This document shows, piece after piece, positions 57,142-64,000 of a stretch of 64,000 bases of DNA. Every line of letters begins with the position of its first letter. Position 1 is the first letter of the stretch. Position numbers and translations under genes: made by a program. The notes beneath the pieces are model-generated. The model saw only the letters and a program-made list of their open reading frames with translations. It did not search any database and was not told where the DNA came from. Source of the DNA: Candidatus Altimarinota bacterium (GTDB lineage: Bacteria > Patescibacteriota > Gracilibacteria > CAIRYL01 > GCA-016699755). The stretch lies in contig OY760935.1 in NCBI GenBank assembly GCA_963664295.1, positions 448,001 through 512,000 on the forward strand, in the 5' to 3' direction.

Positions 57142-59736
57142 ATGAAAAAAATAATAACAGGATTAATGATTTTAGCTTTGCTCATCTCGCTTTCTTATCA
57201 AGGTAAAGCAATAAGCGAAGATAATATTAACAAAGGAGAATTCATAAAAACAATGATTGATCTCAAAGGAGGACCTCTTGCAGACGATTCTCTACCAGAA
57301 ACTCCCACTTTTTCTGATGTTTTAACTGGTAGTCAATATTTTTCTTATGTTGAAACAGCTTATATACTTAAGTTAATTGAAAAAAACAGTAGTTTTTTTG
57401 AGCCTTTGGGGAATATAAAAAAAGACGAAGCTGTCAAAATATTTGTAAAAACTTTAGGCATACCAACAAACACTAGTAATGGACCTCATTTTAAAGATGT
57501 ACCAGAAAACTGGTGGACATATGAACAAATAGAAAGCCTATATCACAGAGGAGTTATTACCCTTGGTAATGGTTATTTTTATCCAAAAAATGATTTAACA
57601 AATAGTGAGCTCACAGAATGGATAGAAAGAGAAGAAGGCACTTATCATGGCGAAGATAAACCAGATATTACAGTAGACAGTATAGAAATTGAAAAAAGAA
57701 CTAGTAATGGTAAACAATATTATTATTATGAAATATATATAACTAATGTTGGCAATGCGAGTGCTAAAAAATCCAATACAAATGTTGAATTTTTTCCATA
57801 CCAACCAGTAAGCATAGACGGAAAAAACAGCTATGAATGCTTAAGTGAACTAAATAAAACAATTCCAGGTAATTATTTGATCACAGAAGATTCTCTTGAG
57901 CCAGGAGAGCGAGAATTAATTACCGGCTATTTCAACCCTGTTGTTTCCGGTGATTTAAGCATTTCTGTCACAGTGGACACAGAAAACGAACTAGAAGAAG
58001 AAAATGAAAGTAATAACAAATTTACAAAAACATTTTTAGTAACCAAAATAATTGAAAAAATGTATTGTCCTGAGCTGTGTACGAATAAATATTGCAGTAA
58101 TCAAGAAAAAAGACCTGATTTAACCATCGATAGAATTGAATTCAAAAAAAATAGCGTAAATAGCGGACAACTTGCTTATAATTTTTCTGTTTATGTAAAA
58201 AATATAGGCAATAGTGAGGCAGAAAAAGCTAATTTAAAAGTGGAACTATTACCTTCTCAGCCTAAAAAAATAATTCTTGATAATAATGATTTTGAATATC
58301 AGTGTTATAACGAAGCAGAAAGCACTGTTCCAAATGGTTATTTAGTAAAGGAAGATGTTTTACCAGTTGGCGAAGAAGAAGTTTATACCAATTATTTCAA
58401 TCCTATTCAGCCAGGCGAAATAACAATAAAAGCCACAATTGATGAAGAAGAAAACATTGACGAAAGCAATGAGTTTAATAATACATTATCAGCAACATTT
58501 ACTGTTAAAGATCTTGTTGATTCTTCTTTTTGTCCAAACCTTTGTCACGACAATCAATGTGGATCAGTCAATAAAACAGCAACTGACCTAGTATTAGACT
58601 CAATAAACAGCACTAAAACCGGAGAAAATGAATATAAAATTGATTTAACAAGCTGTATGGAGGGAGCAGAAAGCATAGATGATCTTTATGAAAACGGTCA
58701 ATCAAGCAGAGAGCTTGAATATCAATACACAACTTATGACCAAAACAATCTTGAATATACTGTTTCTGCTAGCTCAGGCAAAAGTGGATTTAAAGATGGT
58801 GAATGTGAAAACATTTCTTTTTATGTAAAAGATAACGCAGGCGAAAGAATAAGCCAAAACGCAAAAATAAAAATAAATCTTGACCCAAATAATAAAATCA
58901 CTGAAAAAGACGAAACAAACAATAGCGAGCTTCATTTAGTAAGCATTGGCTGTACTCCAGAAGGACAAATTATGGATATAGGCGGAAATTGTTGTACTGG
59001 CTTAATTATGAGCTCTACTGAATGGAGCGAACGAAGCCAAACTTGCTCAGAAAATAAATTTAAGCGCTGTATCAAATGTGGTGATGGTATTTGTAATACT
59101 GGTGAAGATATTTGCAATTGTCCTGACGACTGCGAAGAAGTGGAAATAGTAAGAAATGAAGACAATGAAGATAGCAATGAAAACAATGCAGAAGAAAATA
59201 ATAAAATTTTTGCAGACATAGACGAAACCACCATAGAAGGAAAAGCATCATTAAATCTTTATGAAAAAGGAATTATTGGTGGCTATCCTGATGGCGAATT
59301 CAAAGGAGAAAATGCAGTAAACAGAGCAGAAGCTGCTAAATTTATTCTTCTTGCGCGTGATGGCGAGATTTCAGAAGAAAGTGATAATCCAGACAGATTT
59401 CCTGATGTCAGCAGTGGTCAATGGTTTCATAAATATGTTATGACTTGTGAGCTTGAGGGAATTATTGAGGGCTATCCTGATGGATTTTTTCGACCACAAG
59501 ACACTGTGAATACTGTTGAGTTTCTAAAAATGCTAGCCATTGCTTTTGATCTTGAACTTGGTCTTGATTATTCCTATGAAGATGTGCAAAAAATAGACTG
59601 GTTTAGTGATTACGCAGGTATTGCAGAAAAATACACTCTTTTTCCAGATCGCATTACTTTATTAGAACCAGATAAAGAGCTAACTCGCAATGAAGTTGCT
59701 GTGGCAATTTATCAACTTTTAAAAGCTGTGGATTAA
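57142..59736 (+). CDS. SLH plus CARDB-like repeat surface protein with a Cys-rich module
   Basis: Signal peptide; SLH at both ends (GYPDGEFK..VNRAE); three PDI/PDL...E.DE.NN CARDB-like units; CGDGICNTGEDICNCPDDC. Confidence 0.85.
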   Translation: MKKIITGLMILALLISLSYQGKAISEDNINKGEFIKTMIDLKGGPLADDSLPETPTFSDVLTGSQYFSYVETAYILKLIEKNSSFFEPLGNIKKDEAVKIFVKTLGIPTNTSNGPHFKDVPENWWTYEQIESLYHRGVITLGNGYFYPKNDLTNSELTEWIEREEGTYHGEDKPDITVDSIEIEKRTSNGKQYYYYEIYITNVGNASAKKSNTNVEFFPYQPVSIDGKNSYECLSELNKTIPGNYLITEDSLEPGERELITGYFNPVVSGDLSISVTVDTENELEEENESNNKFTKTFLVTKIIEKMYCPELCTNKYCSNQEKRPDLTIDRIEFKKNSVNSGQLAYNFSVYVKNIGNSEAEKANLKVELLPSQPKKIILDNNDFEYQCYNEAESTVPNGYLVKEDVLPVGEEEVYTNYFNPIQPGEITIKATIDEEENIDESNEFNNTLSATFTVKDLVDSSFCPNLCHDNQCGSVNKTATDLVLDSINSTKTGENEYKIDLTSCMEGAESIDDLYENGQSSRELEYQYTTYDQNNLEYTVSASSGKSGFKDGECENISFYVKDNAGERISQNAKIKINLDPNNKITEKDETNNSELHLVSIGCTPEGQIMDIGGNCCTGLIMSSTEWSERSQTCSENKFKRCIKCGDGICNTGEDICNCPDDCEEVEIVRNEDNEDSNENNAEENNKIFADIDETTIEGKASLNLYEKGIIGGYPDGEFKGENAVNRAEAAKFILLARDGEISEESDNPDRFPDVSSGQWFHKYVMTCELEGIIEGYPDGFFRPQDTVNTVEFLKMLAIAFDLELGLDYSYEDVQKIDWFSDYAGIAEKYTLFPDRITLLEPDKELTRNEVAVAIYQLLKAVD

Positions 59737-60275
59737 AACTTCAACCACTCTCGCACTTTAAACTCTGCCATTGGAAAAATTTCAGTCTCCAAGTCTCTTA
59801 ATTCAAGGTCTGTAAAACGAGATAAAACAAAGTCAGAAGTGTCTATTGGCGAACCTTTTTCTCTTCTCTCTACGCCAATCTTTAAACGAGCAAAATTTTC
59901 TGTCTTCAAAATATTCATAATACTCAAAATCCCCTTATGACCACCTGACCCGCCACCATCACGAAAACGCAAAGAAGAAAAAGCGAGATCCTTGTCATCA
60001 TGCACAATTAAAAGATTATTATCAGTAATTTTATAAAAACTCTTCACAGCACGCACGCTCTCTCCGGACAAATTCATATAAGTTTGTGGCTTGAGAAAAA
60101 TAATTTTTTGACCTTCTTTTATTCCCTTAGATATTTTTCCTTTAAATTTCACTTCTTTTTTAAAAGCAGTGAAGTCCCATTTTGCCTGAAGATGGTCAGC
60201 CAATAAAAAACCGGCGTTATGACGCGTCTTTTTATATTTTTCGCCGGGATTTCCTAAAAAAACTATTAATTTCAT
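59733..60275 (-). CDS. pth: Peptidyl-tRNA hydrolase
   Basis: LGNPGEKYKKTRHNAGF, KPQTYMNLSG, VHDD, GGHKG. Confidence 0.97.
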   Translation of the reverse strand: MKLIVFLGNPGEKYKKTRHNAGFLLADHLQAKWDFTAFKKEVKFKGKISKGIKEGQKIIFLKPQTYMNLSGESVRAVKSFYKITDNNLLIVHDDKDLAFSSLRFRDGGGSGGHKGILSIMNILKTENFARLKIGVERREKGSPIDTSDFVLSRFTDLELRDLETEIFPMAEFKVREWLKF

Positions 60276-60520
60276 TTCTTTTTAAATCGCTTTATTTTTA
60301 AATTAGGACTTTTAACGAGCCAGCAAAAACCCAATATTATAAAGAGTCTTTTTATATTTTTCGCCGGGATTTCCTAAAAAAACTATTAATTTCATTTCTT
60401 TTTTAAATCGCTTTATTTTTAAATTAGGACTTTTAACAAGCCAGCAAAAACCCAATATTATAAAGAGTCTTTTTATATTTTTCGCCGGGATTTCCTAAAA
60501 AAACTATTAATTTCATTTCT
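60226..60520 (-). repeat. ~120-bp tandem repeat containing the 5' end of pth; two 27-aa mini-ORFs at 60312-60395 and 60433-60516
   Basis: CTTTTTATATTTTTCGCCGGGATTTCCTAAAAAAACTATTAATTTCATTTCT occurs three times. Confidence 0.92.
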
Positions 60521-61897
<1,377 letters not shown>

Positions 61898-61973
61898 TTA
61901 ATTTAAATTTTTTCTGGATTTATAAAAAAAACTCTGGCACAATCAAAAGGTCTTTTTAGCTCCTCTTTAAGTT

Positions 61974-63479
61974 ATGTGCGGAATTTTAGGAATTTCGGCA
62001 AATTCTCCAGTTAATCAAGATTTATTTGATGGACTAACCTCGCTTCAACACAGAGGACAAGATGCTGCGGGTATTGCCACTTATGATGGCAAATTTCATA
62101 TGCGCAAAGGCAATGGTCTTGTGAGAGATGTGTTCTTTTCTCAACACATGGAAAGACTGATTGGTAATATAGGCATTGGTCATGTAAGATATCCCACTGC
62201 TGGTTGCAACTCTTCCTGGGAAGCCCAACCTTTTTTCGTTAATTCCCCTTTTGGTATTGTACTTGCTCATAATGGAAATTTAACCAATGCAGACGAACTT
62301 GCTCCTCATTTATTTAAAGAAAATTTACGCCACTTAAATACAAGTTCAGACTCTGAAGCTCTTTTGAATGTATTTGCTAATAAAATATTAAAACTTGGCA
62401 AAACTCACCTAGAACCAAAAGATGTATTTCAAGGAGTTAGAGACACAATGAGAAGATTAAAAGGTTCTTATGCAATAGTAAGTATTATTGCTGGTCAAGG
62501 ACTAGTTGGTTTTCGTGATCCTCTTGGTATTCGCCCTTTGGCTATTGGTGTACGTGAAAGCTCATTGGGCAAAGAATATTGCCTTGCTTCCGAAGGTCTT
62601 GTTTTTGCTCCACTTGGCTTCAAACTTTTGCGTGATGTTGAGCCTGGTGAAGCTGTTTTAATTAGAGATGGTGAAATATACACAGAAGCCTGCGCAAAAG
62701 ATACATCATTAAATCCCTGCATATTTGAATATATTTACTTGGCAAGACCTGATTCTATGATGGACAATATTTCTGTTCACAAAGCCAGATTGCGTATGGG
62801 AGAAGTTTTGGCAAAAAAAATTAAAGAAAAAATAGATCCAAAAAATATTGATGTAGTTATACCAATTCCTGAAAGTTCTCGTGTTGCGGCTGTACAAGTT
62901 GCCGAAGAGTTGAAACTACCATACAGAGAAGGCTTTATTAAAAATCGTTATATTGGAAGAACTTTTATTATGCCAGGACAAAAAGTTCGCAAAAAATCAG
63001 TAAAATACAAACTTTCTGCCATTGATTTAGAGTTTAAAAATAAAAATGTTCTTTTGATTGATGACTCTATTGTAAGAGGCAATACGTCTAAACAAATTGT
63101 GCAAATGGCTCGTGAGGCTGGTGCAAAAAAAGTATTTTTTGCTAGTGCAGCTCCACCACTGCTTCATCCTTGTGTTTATGGTGTTGATATGCCATCTAAA
63201 CAAGAATTTGTAGCACATAATCTTTCTATTGAAGAAATTCGTCAAGTTATTGGCGCAGATGAACTTGTTTATCAAGATTTAAAAGAGCTTGTAAAAGCTG
63301 TTCTTAGAAAAGGTAAACACAAAATTAATAAATTCTGCACTGCTTGTTTTAATGGAGAATATCCATCGCCAGACATAACTGAAGAAAAACTTGAAGAATG
63401 GGAACTATGCCGAGCTCAAAAACTAGCTGCTGGCGATCAAGAAAGCAGTCAAAACGACAATCCTGTCACCTTATTATAA
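61974..63479 (+). CDS. purF: Amidophosphoribosyltransferase
   Basis: MCGILG, LQHRGQDAAG, GHVRYPTAG, HNGNL, IDDSIVRGNT. Confidence 0.98.
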   Translation: MCGILGISANSPVNQDLFDGLTSLQHRGQDAAGIATYDGKFHMRKGNGLVRDVFFSQHMERLIGNIGIGHVRYPTAGCNSSWEAQPFFVNSPFGIVLAHNGNLTNADELAPHLFKENLRHLNTSSDSEALLNVFANKILKLGKTHLEPKDVFQGVRDTMRRLKGSYAIVSIIAGQGLVGFRDPLGIRPLAIGVRESSLGKEYCLASEGLVFAPLGFKLLRDVEPGEAVLIRDGEIYTEACAKDTSLNPCIFEYIYLARPDSMMDNISVHKARLRMGEVLAKKIKEKIDPKNIDVVIPIPESSRVAAVQVAEELKLPYREGFIKNRYIGRTFIMPGQKVRKKSVKYKLSAIDLEFKNKNVLLIDDSIVRGNTSKQIVQMAREAGAKKVFFASAAPPLLHPCVYGVDMPSKQEFVAHNLSIEEIRQVIGADELVYQDLKELVKAVLRKGKHKINKFCTACFNGEYPSPDITEEKLEEWELCRAQKLAAGDQESSQNDNPVTLL

Positions 63480-63884
63480 ATAGTCCACAACCCTACTGTT
63501 TCTTGGTAAATAAATTTCAAGCTTAAATTGCTCACAAAAATCAAGAGTATTTTTGTTGTATGTGCCTTCTTCTAGCCAAACTCGAAAAATCCCCTTATCT
63601 CTCATTTGGCGTAAAAACTCTATTGTTTGCCAAGGCTCAATATCTGTAATCAAAACTGCATCAGGAAAAGGCCGAACAGAAGAGATATCAGGAAAACAAG
63701 GCTCTCCTTGAACTTCTTTAACAAGACTTTCTTCTGTTTTTACAGGCACAACCTTGTAGCCATTTTCTAAAAAATTTTCAAAAACATAAAAACCAGGCTT
63801 GTGCTTATCGTTAGAAGCACCAACTATTGCAAAAAGAAAATTTTTATTAAGAAATTTCTGAGGATCAAAAACAGTATTAAGCAT
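63474..63884 (-). CDS. CoA-binding (YccU-like) protein
   Basis: [27 protein letters not shown]. Confidence 0.8.
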   Translation of the reverse strand: MLNTVFDPQKFLNKNFLFAIVGASNDKHKPGFYVFENFLENGYKVVPVKTEESLVKEVQGEPCFPDISSVRPFPDAVLITDIEPWQTIEFLRQMRDKGIFRVWLEEGTYNKNTLDFCEQFKLEIYLPRNSRVVDYL

Positions 63885-64000
63885 GTTTTATGCAAGCAGA
63901 AATAAAAGAGAAAAAAAGCGGATGAGGTCTGTTTGGACGAGATAAAAACTCAGGATGAAACTGAACACCTAGCATCCAAGGATGATTTTTTGTTTCAACA
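63877..64000 (-). CDS. pyrG: CTP synthase (3' end only)
   Basis: Manual translation ...[24 protein letters not shown]...IKHA*. Confidence 0.9.
   Translation of the reverse strand, partial: VETKNHPWMLGVQFHPEFLSRPNRPHPLFFSFISACIKHA

Overview
AT-rich bacterial chromosome segment read with the standard code (long intact ORFs; TGA is a real stop for ruvX, khpA and efp). The gene content points to Patescibacteria/CPR, most likely Peregrinibacteria-like (inference): VirB2-like pilins, a VirD4-like ATPase, SLH proteins, tRNA-Arg(GCG), A/T-rich starts without Shine-Dalgarno, and purine/pyrimidine genes. The housekeeping backbone is murA (partial), lepA, rpsT, ruvX, rsmA, rfbB, a P-type ATPase, xth, ybeY, ftsA, ftsZ, purB, thrS (with a T-box), khpA, rpsP, efp, rny, pth, obgE, purF and pyrG (partial). 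Six accessory features stand out. (1) A 321-bp tandem unit of a small GIY-YIG nuclease gene plus a truncated tRNA-Pro copy whose anticodon arm is replaced by a CCGCC-TTA-GGCGG palindrome; a related palindrome sits in a repeat element beside tRNA-Arg. (2) A hydrolase-less Rel synthetase-TGS gene overlapping an output-less PAS/GAF sensor. (3) A ~10-kb surface operon: two pilin/WxL-like paralogs, a membrane-anchored chaperone-like protein, an SLH protein, an orphan solute-binding protein and a HAMP-PP2C phosphatase. (4) A 1676-aa protein with a caspase-fold-like His/Cys motif. (5) A 6S-RNA-like long hairpin before rny. (6) REP-like palindromic mosaics and upstream duplications of gene 5' ends (pth, purF). 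All calls come from motif recognition by eye; no searches were run.
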